Source: Oscillospiraceae bacterium (GTDB lineage Bacteria; Bacillota; Clostridia; Oscillospirales; Ruminococcaceae). Taken from it: DNA of 64,000 nt. The position numbers and the translations under genes are program-made. The DNA lies in the NCBI GenBank assembly GCA_016291435.1, contig JAEEXH010000001.1, forward strand, positions 59,661 through 123,660, written 5' to 3'. Under the pieces are notes generated by a model that was not told the origin of the DNA, did no database searches, and was given only the letters and a program-made list of their open reading frames with translations. Below are positions 17,098-24,788 of this stretch, piece after piece (position 1 is the first letter of the stretch; the number at the start of each line of letters is the position of its first letter).

Positions 17098-17663
17098 AGC
17101 CAGCCCTCCTCATTCAGATACTTTTTCAGCTTGATGCGGGTGCGCATCAGACTGAGCGCAGCCTTGTTCCGTGAAATTTGGTACATGTCTGCGATCTCCG
17201 CGATGCTTTTGCCGTTGCCGTAGCGCTGCACAAAGATCGTGCAGGCATCGGGCGAAAGCGACTGCAAAAAGCGGTTGACCGCATCGTTCAGGAAAATCGC
17301 GCCGACCGTTTCCTCGACCGCATTGCGTGCGGGCTGGGCGTGCTCGGGGAGATTTTCGAGCGACAGTGCCGCCTGTCCGCCGCCGCGCTTCTGCGCGTTC
17401 CTCTGATCGAGCCGTTTATAGCAAAGATTGCGCACAACGGTCGTGAGATAGGCGTAGAAATTATCGGGGCGTGCGGGCGGGATTGCATTCCAGACCTGCA
17501 TCAGTGCATCGTTTAAGACCTCCTCCGCGTCCTGCTCGGAATGGAGCAGATGCGCGGCGAGATTTCTGCATGCCCTGCCGTATTGCTTCGAGACCGCAGC
17601 GAGGGCAGCTTCATCGCGTGCAAAGAACAGATCGAGGATCTGCCTGTCGTTCAATGTGATCAC
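17094..17663 (-). CDS. ECF-type sigma-70 family factor (module 5)
   Basis: 189 aa paralog. The track start is GTG at 17663. By alignment with module 3 (ATG AAC GAC AGG CAG), the TTG at 17654 (TTG AAC GAC AGG CAG) is an alternative start. Confidence 0.82.
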   Translation of the reverse strand: MITLNDRQILDLFFARDEAALAAVSKQYGRACRNLAAHLLHSEQDAEEVLNDALMQVWNAIPPARPDNFYAYLTTVVRNLCYKRLDQRNAQKRGGGQAALSLENLPEHAQPARNAVEETVGAIFLNDAVNRFLQSLSPDACTIFVQRYGNGKSIAEIADMYQISRNKAALSLMRTRIKLKKYLNEEGWL

Positions 17664-17696
17664 ATCCTTTCGGTATGAGGTACCTCTATTTCACAA

Positions 17697-17724
17697 GAAC
17701 GGTTTTGGAGGGAGGATATTTCAT
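17697..17724 (-). promoter_or_regulatory. ECF-type promoter-like motif TGAAAT-N16-CGTTCT (module 5)
   Basis: Minus-strand reading: TGAAAT atcctccctccaaaac CGTTCT tgtgaaATAGAGG. Confidence 0.45.
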
Positions 17725-17862
17725 GCCTGCGAAAATTTTTCAAAAGTGTCTCCGACGGATTTATCATGGGGGGCTTCCCGCCGGAACCTGTTCGGCAAGC
17801 TGTGTTTATTATACCATATTTTTCCCTGTTTCCATAGACCGCCTTCTTTCTTTTTTCCGCTG

Positions 17863-19485
17863 TCAGCCGTAGGCCGCTTCAGCAGTGACAAATTCAAACA
17901 CCGTCTCCCAGTGCGGATCATCTGCGATCAGATCAGATAGATCACAGCAGAGGAGCTTCGCCGATTCGCTCTTCTGCCGCTTCTGCACCGAAATCTCCGG
18001 GTCCTGCGTGTAATAATACAGCTGATACAGCTTTCCGTCATGCACCTTCATGTTGCCGAAGACCGCATTCTCAGGGCGCTGCACGCTTGCGATCTGATTC
18101 CATTCGCTGTCAAAAATCACGGTCACATCACGCGAGCTGCCCGATGTGTTTTCGTAATCGGTGCGCTCGGCAATCACATAATCGCCTGCCTGCACAAGCC
18201 GATGGTAATTGTCCCTCATATCGAACGGGAGCTCCGTATTCTCGCCGGTTTCAAGGTCATAGCTGTAATTCAGATAGATCGGTGTGCCACTGCCGTGTTC
18301 CTTTGCGGCATCCGTCTTATAATAGATTTTCTGCTTTGCCGCAAACAGAAGATTCTGCGATATTTCATAGCCCGCAAGCGGGAGCTTTTCGCAGGCGCCG
18401 GTCACAAGATTGATCGCATAGATTCCCTTCGGCTCGGGCGACGGCCATTTCGCAAACTGATAGCTGAAATAGATTCTGTCGCCTGCCGCCAAAAGAGATC
18501 CGTTCGGCACATCGTATTCCTTGCCCTCGTCCGCGCCCGGCATCGAGCGGAAGATCTCCGCTGTTTTGCCGCTTGCCAGCTCATAGCCCCGGATAACAAA
18601 GCCGCTCGAAACCTGCCGCTTTGTTTCGCCTGTGAATTCATCCCCGGTTTCCTCGCCGTAATAGCTGTAATCTTTGTAGACCGCAAAGATGCAGCCGCGA
18701 TGCAGGATCGGGTCGCCGATCAGCTCCGCCTTCGGGTGCACATCAAAGTGTGCAAGCTCCGTGATGCCGCTGCCGTCCGGCGCATAGGCGAGCACATAGC
18801 CCGCGTCATATCCGCCCTTGTCGTTTCGCTTCGAGGCAAGCGCATAGAGCGCATCGCCGTAAGGGATCAGCGCCGAGCGGTCGGCATAGCCCTTTGTGGA
18901 GGCTTCGCAGAAATCGCTGCCGTCGTGGAGACAGTTTGCGCGCGCGCAGAGCGGCAGCGTTTCGCCGGTCTCGCTGTCTGTGAAGACAACGCCGTGATTC
19001 ATCGGCAGATTTTCATACCAGTCAAGATAGCCGAGACCGTCATAATTGCCGTCTGCATCCGTTTTGATCTCGGTGCGATAGATCTGCTCGTGATAAAAGC
19101 CCTTGTCTGTCGCAGCAAACCAGAGATGCTCCTGCGGGGATACAGACTGCCCGTAGCTTTTGCAGAAGAGATCGTTCCATTCCTGATTTGTGAGCGTCAG
19201 CCCGCTTTGCGCGGTGACAGTCTGCTCCGTGTGATTGTTTCCGCCGTGTGCACCGCGCAGCGCGACCGTTGCCGCTATGCCGCCCGCACCGAGCACTGCC
19301 GCGGCGATCACCGCAGTGAGCGCATATTTTGTGATGCGCCGGATCTTTTGCTTTTGCATGAGATGCCTTCCCTTCCGGGCGGCTGCCCCAGCTTTTGTCT
19401 CCGCAATGCGGCGCTTCACCATGTCATAATATCTGCTGTCCGCCTCCCGCACGGCGGCGCGCAGTATCTGATCATCCAGCTTCAC
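17863..19485 (-). CDS. single-pass membrane sensor paralog P7 (putative anti-sigma of module 6)
   Basis: 540 aa. ADSRYYDM, TM AAAVLGAGGIAATVALRG and PLCARANCLHDGSDFCEAS. 4-nt overlap with the sigma stop. Confidence 0.85.
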   Translation of the reverse strand: MKLDDQILRAAVREADSRYYDMVKRRIAETKAGAAARKGRHLMQKQKIRRITKYALTAVIAAAVLGAGGIAATVALRGAHGGNNHTEQTVTAQSGLTLTNQEWNDLFCKSYGQSVSPQEHLWFAATDKGFYHEQIYRTEIKTDADGNYDGLGYLDWYENLPMNHGVVFTDSETGETLPLCARANCLHDGSDFCEASTKGYADRSALIPYGDALYALASKRNDKGGYDAGYVLAYAPDGSGITELAHFDVHPKAELIGDPILHRGCIFAVYKDYSYYGEETGDEFTGETKRQVSSGFVIRGYELASGKTAEIFRSMPGADEGKEYDVPNGSLLAAGDRIYFSYQFAKWPSPEPKGIYAINLVTGACEKLPLAGYEISQNLLFAAKQKIYYKTDAAKEHGSGTPIYLNYSYDLETGENTELPFDMRDNYHRLVQAGDYVIAERTDYENTSGSSRDVTVIFDSEWNQIASVQRPENAVFGNMKVHDGKLYQLYYYTQDPEISVQKRQKSESAKLLCCDLSDLIADDPHWETVFEFVTAEAAYG

Positions 19486-20048
19486 AGCCTGCCCTCCTTA
19501 TCGAGCCATTTCCACAGCTTCCTGCGGGTGCGCATCAGCGTCACGGCAACCTTGCTCTGCGTGATGCCGAACGCCTCAGCGATCTCGCGGATGCTGCGGC
19601 CGTTTCCGTAGTAATGCACAAAGATCGTGACAGTCTCCTCCGGCTGCGTGCCGAGAAAGCGGTTCACAGACGCATAGAGCGCACGGGCATCCATAAGCTC
19701 CTCCACGCTTTTCCCGGCGGGGTGCAGGCTTTCCGGCAGCGCATCGAGCGAAACCGGGCTTCTGCCGCCGCCGCGCTTCTGCGCGTTTCTCTGCTCCAGA
19801 CGGTTGAGCGAAAGCCGCTTCACCACCGTATGCAGATAGGCGCCGAGACTGCGCGGCTGCTCCGGCGGAATGCTGCTCCAGATTTGCAGCAGCGCATCGT
19901 TCCAGACCTCTGCCGCGTCCTCCTCGCTTCCGAGCAGGCGGCAGGCGAGCTTTCTGCACTGTGTCCCGTACTGCGCCGTCAGCTCCCGCAGTGCCGTTTC
20001 ATCGCGGCTTTGCAGGAGACGGAGAATCTGTCTGTCGGTCAATGTCAT
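19482..20048 (-). CDS. ECF-type sigma-70 family factor (module 6)
   Basis: ATG at 20048 (MTLTDRQILRLLQ) follows GAAAGGAAG. The track extension to 20261 runs through the promoter motif and a repeat element and is rejected. Confidence 0.85.
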   Translation of the reverse strand: MTLTDRQILRLLQSRDETALRELTAQYGTQCRKLACRLLGSEEDAAEVWNDALLQIWSSIPPEQPRSLGAYLHTVVKRLSLNRLEQRNAQKRGGGRSPVSLDALPESLHPAGKSVEELMDARALYASVNRFLGTQPEETVTIFVHYYGNGRSIREIAEAFGITQSKVAVTLMRTRRKLWKWLDKEGRL

Positions 20049-20122
20049 CACTTCCTTTCGGGCGGTAAAGCTGCGCTCCGGAGCACATCTCCGCCTTTCC
20101 AGAGGCGTCCCTCTACAATACA

Positions 20123-20150
20123 TGACAGGAAACAGGGAAAGTTTCTTACA
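20123..20150 (-). promoter_or_regulatory. ECF-type promoter-like motif TGTAAG-N16-CTGTCA (module 6)
   Basis: Minus-strand reading: TGTAAG aaactttccctgtttc CTGTCA tgtattGTAGAGGG. Confidence 0.5.
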
Positions 20151-20262
20151 ATGCGGAATGCGCAATGGCAGTATCGCTCCGCGATGATGGATCATGGGCG
20201 AAGCCCATTCTGAATCATCGGCGAAAGCCGACACTTTCATTGCGCATTGCAAATTGCACATT
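20150..20262. repeat. short member of the GCGCAATG-TIR MITE-like family
   Basis: gcggaatgcgcaatggcagtatcgctccgcgatgat...gggcgaagccc...ggcgaaagccgacactttcattgcgcattgcaaattgc. Confidence 0.75.
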
Positions 20263-20274
20263 GAGCATTCAATT

Positions 20275-20748
20275 TTATTCGGGTTCCAGCTCCATGCGGA
20301 GACGCTGATGCCCGCGCCGGAGCCATGCGCTCACGGTGTTCGGCCTGGCATCGAGCATTTCTGCGATCTCGCGGATCTTGTAGCCCGCGCAGTCGTGGAG
20401 ATAGACCGCCGCGGAATAGGGCTGCGGCAGTGCGGCGATCAGTGCAAGGATCTCCGCGGAATTGTCGGGCTCCGCGGGCAGGTCTGCGATGTCCTCCACA
20501 TCCGTCCGCATGCGGCTCCAGAGGCTTTTCCGCAGATTCTTTGCGCGGTTCATCACGGCGCGCAGGATATACGCTTTCAGGTGCGCGTCGCTTTCAAACT
20601 GCACGGGCTTTCTGTGCAGCGCAAAGAACACCTCCTGTGCGATGTCCTCCGCGTCCTCGCGGCTGCCCGTTGCACAGTAAGCCGCCTGCAATGCCGTGTC
20701 GCCGAATTTCCGGAAGGCATAGAGCGCGATGTTTTCCTGATTCAGCAT
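20275..20748 (-). CDS. ECF sigma factor of a different lineage (157 aa; module 7, located downstream of its membrane partner)
   Basis: Region 2 DAEDIAQEVFFALHRKP...YILRAVMNRAKNLRK and region 4 YKIREIAEMLDARPNTVSAWLRRGHQRL. The ATG at 20748 lies 9 nt after the P8 stop, with GGAGTGAGG upstream. Confidence 0.88.
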   Translation of the reverse strand: MLNQENIALYAFRKFGDTALQAAYCATGSREDAEDIAQEVFFALHRKPVQFESDAHLKAYILRAVMNRAKNLRKSLWSRMRTDVEDIADLPAEPDNSAEILALIAALPQPYSAAVYLHDCAGYKIREIAEMLDARPNTVSAWLRRGHQRLRMELEPE

Positions 20749-20757
20749 CGCCGCACC

Positions 20758-22512
20758 TCACTCCGCATTGCGGAACGCCGGCTTCCACTCCGCTTTGCCG
20801 CTCAGAATGTCCTCCATGCTGCAAGCGTAGTCAAAAAGCGCATAGCGCAGGAAGACCTCGCCGCTTCTGCCGATGTGTACGCGGGCCATCAGTGTGTTCG
20901 CTTCCTCTGTTGCCTCCGGCCAGACCGCGTGCAGCTCCTCGCCGTGCGTTTTCCATTCCAGATACGGGTCAAGCGGCGCGCGCTTCAGAAGCGTGCCGTC
21001 CCAGTCATAGAGCCAGAGCTCGACGGCGTCATAGCCGTTGGCGAATTCGTTGGGATCAGACATCAGGAAGCAGATCGCATCCCTGCCCGCGGCAACAACA
21101 CCGCCGATGCCGAGTCCGTGACCTGTCGGGGTCACGAAGCTGCCGGTATCGTCCGTGTGGCGCATAATGCAGGTCTCAGTGCGGGTCTCCGTGTCATAGA
21201 TCATGTAGTCGTCATAAATCTCCGCGTCCATGCCGCTGCGCACCTCGACCTGCTTCGGGTAAAAGATCTTCCCGCCGTTCACGGTGAACCGATCGGGCGG
21301 CGTGTCGTTTGTTTCCGTGAGCCGCGTCAGCCCGCCGTCTGTGCAGGAGAGCTGCCAGAGCCCGGTGCGCAGCTTGTTCGGCTCATCCCATCTGCCCTTT
21401 GCATCGAAGCTGAAATAGATATAATCGCCCTCGCCTGCCAGTGCGCGGAAGCCGCTCCTGCCTCCGAAGCCGTATTCCTGACCGTCGGCAGAAAGGAGTG
21501 TGCTGCCCTGCCCGGTCTCCGGGTCATAGAATCCCATGCGGTACCCGCAGAGCGCTCTGCCGTCGCTCGGGAGCTCCTGCACGCCTGCCGCATACCAGAG
21601 CTTGCCGCGGTGCGCGATGAGCTTCGCTTCGTCTGCTTCAAGCCCGAACCGCATCCTGCCGCTCTGCGACGCGGAATCCGCCGGCGAATCCATGATCTCG
21701 GCGGCCTCCGTGATGCCCGTGCCGTCCGGCTCATATCGGAGCAGCACGATCTTTCCCTCGCCGTAACCGTCCACATCCCCGCGGTCATCGGGCTTTTTCG
21801 CAACAGCATAGACATAGCCGTCCAGCCAAACAGGGCCTGTTTTCAGGCGGTAGGTGAGCGTGGTCGCCGTGCAGAATTCGCTGCCGTCGTGGAGACAGTT
21901 CGGGCGGTTGCAGAGCGGCACGAGGGCATCGCTCTCCTTGTCGGCAAACATCATCGTATAGGTGCGCTCGCTTGCCCGCGATCCGACATCCCAGTCACGT
22001 TTTTTGAGATAATAATAGCCCTGCTCCGATTCCGTCAGACACTCCTCCGGGTAATAGCCGCGCATGCCCTGTTCGTCCTGCTGATCGGTGAGATGCAGAC
22101 TGAAGCCCTCCCCGACAACGCGGTCTGCGGTGTGCGTCTGCTCTGCGGCGGAGCGCTCTGCTTGGCTTTCTGCACTGCGGCTATCCTCTGCGCCGCTGCT
22201 TGTCTGATCGACCTGCACGCTGCCGCGCCGCTGCATCGCGACTGCCGCCGTGATGCCCCCTGCACCGAGCACCGCCGCTGTCAGAACCGCGATCAGCACA
22301 TTTCTGCGAATCCGTTTCCGTTCCATTCTCATATCCTCCTCTGTCATCACATCGTCCATCGACAGCAGATCGGTCTCGATGAAGGCTTCATCGGGGTCGT
22401 CAATCGGCTCCGGCACTTTCACATTCTGCCGGAGCGCCGCTTCGATGGAAAGCCGCTTTTCCGCATCCCAGCGGACGGTCGAGACCGCATATCGGTATGC
22501 TGCCTTTTTCAT
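20758..22512 (-). CDS. single-pass membrane sensor paralog P8 (module 7; divergent N-terminus)
   Basis: 584 aa. TM VLIAVLTAAVLGAGGITAAVAM, ectodomain PLCNRPNCLHDGSEFCTAT, LLRYEPDGTGITEAA, HRGKLW and a C-terminal EDILSGKAEW. RBS AAAGGAGGA. Confidence 0.85.
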   Translation of the reverse strand: MKKAAYRYAVSTVRWDAEKRLSIEAALRQNVKVPEPIDDPDEAFIETDLLSMDDVMTEEDMRMERKRIRRNVLIAVLTAAVLGAGGITAAVAMQRRGSVQVDQTSSGAEDSRSAESQAERSAAEQTHTADRVVGEGFSLHLTDQQDEQGMRGYYPEECLTESEQGYYYLKKRDWDVGSRASERTYTMMFADKESDALVPLCNRPNCLHDGSEFCTATTLTYRLKTGPVWLDGYVYAVAKKPDDRGDVDGYGEGKIVLLRYEPDGTGITEAAEIMDSPADSASQSGRMRFGLEADEAKLIAHRGKLWYAAGVQELPSDGRALCGYRMGFYDPETGQGSTLLSADGQEYGFGGRSGFRALAGEGDYIYFSFDAKGRWDEPNKLRTGLWQLSCTDGGLTRLTETNDTPPDRFTVNGGKIFYPKQVEVRSGMDAEIYDDYMIYDTETRTETCIMRHTDDTGSFVTPTGHGLGIGGVVAAGRDAICFLMSDPNEFANGYDAVELWLYDWDGTLLKRAPLDPYLEWKTHGEELHAVWPEATEEANTLMARVHIGRSGEVFLRYALFDYACSMEDILSGKAEWKPAFRNAE

Positions 22513-22543
22513 GGCTTGTCCTCCTTTTCAGAGAGATTGAGGT

Positions 22544-22586
22544 CGCCCTCTGTTATATATACAACCGTGAGGGCGGTTTTCGTGCA
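22544..22586 (-). promoter_or_regulatory. conserved upstream element of module 7, near-identical to 4540-4582
   Basis: See feature 4540-4582. Contains GAAAAC-N16-TATATA followed by ACAGAGGGC. Confidence 0.5.
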
Positions 22587-22669
22587 TGGAGCAATCAAAA
22601 AACAGGGAACGGATATAAATTCAGCTTATCAAAAAGCTCCGTAAAGTCACTGAACCTATGATTAAAGTT

Positions 22670-22920
22670 TCGGTCAAGCCTTTTCAAAGGCTTGCAGGGT
22701 CGAGGGGCAGCGCCCCCGCCGCCCGTCGCAACGGGCGGAATCTCCAGACTTTAGGAGCTCCGCAAGGGTGAATCTCAAAAAGCATCCAGCGGATGTTTTT
22801 TGAGAGAGGGACGCATGTTTGCTTCGCAAACTGCGCAGTTCCACAAAGTGGAACATGCGCCTGCGATAGAGGGCGCCCCTAGGCGAATCGCTTTGCGATT
22901 CGCGATCTCTGGACTTTATT
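22670..22920. repeat. intergenic chain of short stem-loops (hairpin-chain mosaic repeat)
   Basis: Successive small palindromes: aagcctttt/caaaggctt, cgcccgtcgcaacgggcg, catccagcggatg followed by a T-run, gttccacaaagtggaac and cgaatcgctttgcgattcg. Confidence 0.7.
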
Positions 22921-22982
22921 GACAGACCGGGATATAGATTATCATACAACAATTTCACAGAATATGCAAGTCTTGTCCGATA

Positions 22983-23011
22983 TTGACAAAAGGCGCGAAA
23001 AACGATATAAT
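22983..23011 (+). promoter_or_regulatory. consensus sigma-A promoter of the leu/ilv operon
   Basis: TTGACA (22983-22988), a 17-nt spacer and TATAAT (23006-23011). Confidence 0.8.
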
Positions 23012-23023
23012 AAGTGTAAACTC

Positions 23024-23060
23024 ACAGTCTCCATCCGGGATCCGCAGCGGAGACTGTTTT
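23024..23060 (+). promoter_or_regulatory. 5' leader hairpin with a short U-tract (attenuator or 5' stabiliser)
   Basis: 9-bp stem acagtctcc (23024-23032) pairs with ggagactgt (23049-23057), followed by ttt. It starts about 6 nt after the predicted transcription start site (TSS). Confidence 0.45.
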
Positions 23061-23083
23061 CATATCACGAAAGGACATTCATC

Positions 23084-24754
23084 ATGCAGCATCCAGAGAA
23101 ATACACAAGACAGTTTTTCCCGCCGCCCGCACCCGCGCACCGCTGGGCACAGAAAACCTATGTCGATCACGCACCGCAGTGGTGCAGCGTCGATCTCCGG
23201 GACGGCAATCAGGCGCTTATCATCCCGATGAGCCTCGGCGAAAAGCTGGAATTCTTTGCAAAGCTCGTGGAGATCGGCTTCAAGGAAATCGAGATCGGCT
23301 TCCCTGCCGCCTCCGAGACGGAATATAATTTCTGCCGCACGCTCATCGAGCAGGATCTCATCCCCGACGATGTGACGATCCAGGTGCTCACGCAGTCCCG
23401 CGAGCATATCATCAAAAAAACCTTTGAAGCCCTCCGCGGATGCAAAAACGCGATCGTGCATCTCTATAACTCCACCTCTCTCGCGCAGCGCGAGCAGGTC
23501 TTCCGCATGGAGAAAAACGAAATCAAGGCAATCGCCGTGCAGGGCGCGCTCATGTGCCGCGATTACCGCGCAAAGCATGAAGGCAATATCCGCTTTGAAT
23601 ATTCCCCCGAGAGCTTCACGGGCACAGAGCCGGAGTTTGCGCTTGAGGTCTGCAATGCGGTGCTGGATGTCTGGAAGCCGGATGCAGAAACACAGGTCAT
23701 CATCAATCTGCCGGTGACGGTGCAGCTCTCGATGCCGCATGTCTACGCCGACCAGATCGAATATATGAGCGACAATCTGAAATACCGCGAGCATGTCATC
23801 CTCTCGCTGCACCCGCACAACGACCGCGGCTGTGCGGTTGCAGACACAGAGATGGGTCTGCTGGCAGGTGCGGAGCGCGTCGAGGGCACACTCTTCGGCA
23901 ACGGCGAACGCACCGGCAATGTCGATATCGTGACGCTTGCAATGAATCTCTATTCGCAGGGCGTGGAGCCCGGACTCGATTTCTCCGACCTGCCGGAGAT
24001 CTCCGAGCTCTTCACCCGCGTGACCAGAATGCCGGTCTACGAACGCCAGCCTTACAGCGGAAAGCTCGTCTTTGCGGCGTTCTCCGGCTCCCATCAGGAT
24101 GCAATCGCAAAGGGCATGCACTGGCGGCAGGCGCATCCCGCAGACCCCTGGGCTGTCCCCTATCTCCCGCTCGACCCCAAAGACATCGGCCGCGAATATG
24201 AAGCAGACGTCATCCGCATCAACAGCCAGTCCGGCAAGGGCGGCATCGGCTATATCCTTGAGACGCGCTTCGGCTACAATCTCCCGAAGCGCATGCGCGA
24301 GCGCCTCAGCTACGAGATCAAGGCAGCCTCCGATCATCTGCACAAGGAGCTGCTCCCCGACGAAATCCTTGCAATCTTTACAGAACACTATGTCGATATC
24401 ACCGCACCGATGAACATTACCGCCGCGCACTTTGAGCAGCGCACGGACGGCATCGGCGCCAAGATCGACATTATCCTGAACGGCAGAGTGACCGGCGCCT
24501 CCGACAGCGGCAACGGCCGTCTCGACGCCGTCAGCAATGCGCTCCGCTCCGGGCTCGATCTGGAGTTCATCATCAATGAATACACCGAGCACGCGATGGA
24601 GGTCGGCTCGACCTCGAAGGCGGTCTCCTATGTCGAAATCCGCGGCGGAAAGGGCGAGAGCTTCTGGGGCACGGGCATCGACACGGATATCATGAAATCC
24701 TCGATCAAGGCGCTGGTCAGCGCAGTGAACAATATGCTGCTTGCCGCAGAGTGA
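23084..24754 (+). CDS. leuA: 2-isopropylmalate synthase (long form)
   Basis: MQHPEKYTRQFFPPPAPAHRWAQKTYVDHAPQWCSVDLRDGNQALIIPMS... and HPHNDRGCAVADTE. I chose the ATG at 23084 because the upstream extension would cross the promoter and hairpin. Confidence 0.9.
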   Translation: MQHPEKYTRQFFPPPAPAHRWAQKTYVDHAPQWCSVDLRDGNQALIIPMSLGEKLEFFAKLVEIGFKEIEIGFPAASETEYNFCRTLIEQDLIPDDVTIQVLTQSREHIIKKTFEALRGCKNAIVHLYNSTSLAQREQVFRMEKNEIKAIAVQGALMCRDYRAKHEGNIRFEYSPESFTGTEPEFALEVCNAVLDVWKPDAETQVIINLPVTVQLSMPHVYADQIEYMSDNLKYREHVILSLHPHNDRGCAVADTEMGLLAGAERVEGTLFGNGERTGNVDIVTLAMNLYSQGVEPGLDFSDLPEISELFTRVTRMPVYERQPYSGKLVFAAFSGSHQDAIAKGMHWRQAHPADPWAVPYLPLDPKDIGREYEADVIRINSQSGKGGIGYILETRFGYNLPKRMRERLSYEIKAASDHLHKELLPDEILAIFTEHYVDITAPMNITAAHFEQRTDGIGAKIDIILNGRVTGASDSGNGRLDAVSNALRSGLDLEFIINEYTEHAMEVGSTSKAVSYVEIRGGKGESFWGTGIDTDIMKSSIKALVSAVNNMLLAAE

Positions 24755-24788
24755 ACGCATGCGGCAGGCGAAAAGTTGGTGAGATGCT

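Noticed and set aside
20194-22644. 816-aa plus-strand ORF, together with similar giants at 1726-3672, 5562-6794, 8522-10024, 11209-12387, 13693-14691, 18040-19611, 39857-41983, 45727-47394, 23060-24847 (minus) and 26836-28383 (minus)
   Set aside because: Each lies antisense to, or out of frame with, a gene that has clear family motifs. The translations are Arg/Ala/His/Gly-rich low-complexity strings with no RBS. These are typical stop-poor shadow frames of GC-rich coding DNA.
22919-23083. N-terminal extension of leuA from ATG 22919 (track ORF)
   Set aside because: The extension would run through a perfect TTGACA-17-TATAAT promoter and the leader hairpin. ATG 23084 has an RBS, and the LeuA homology starts there.
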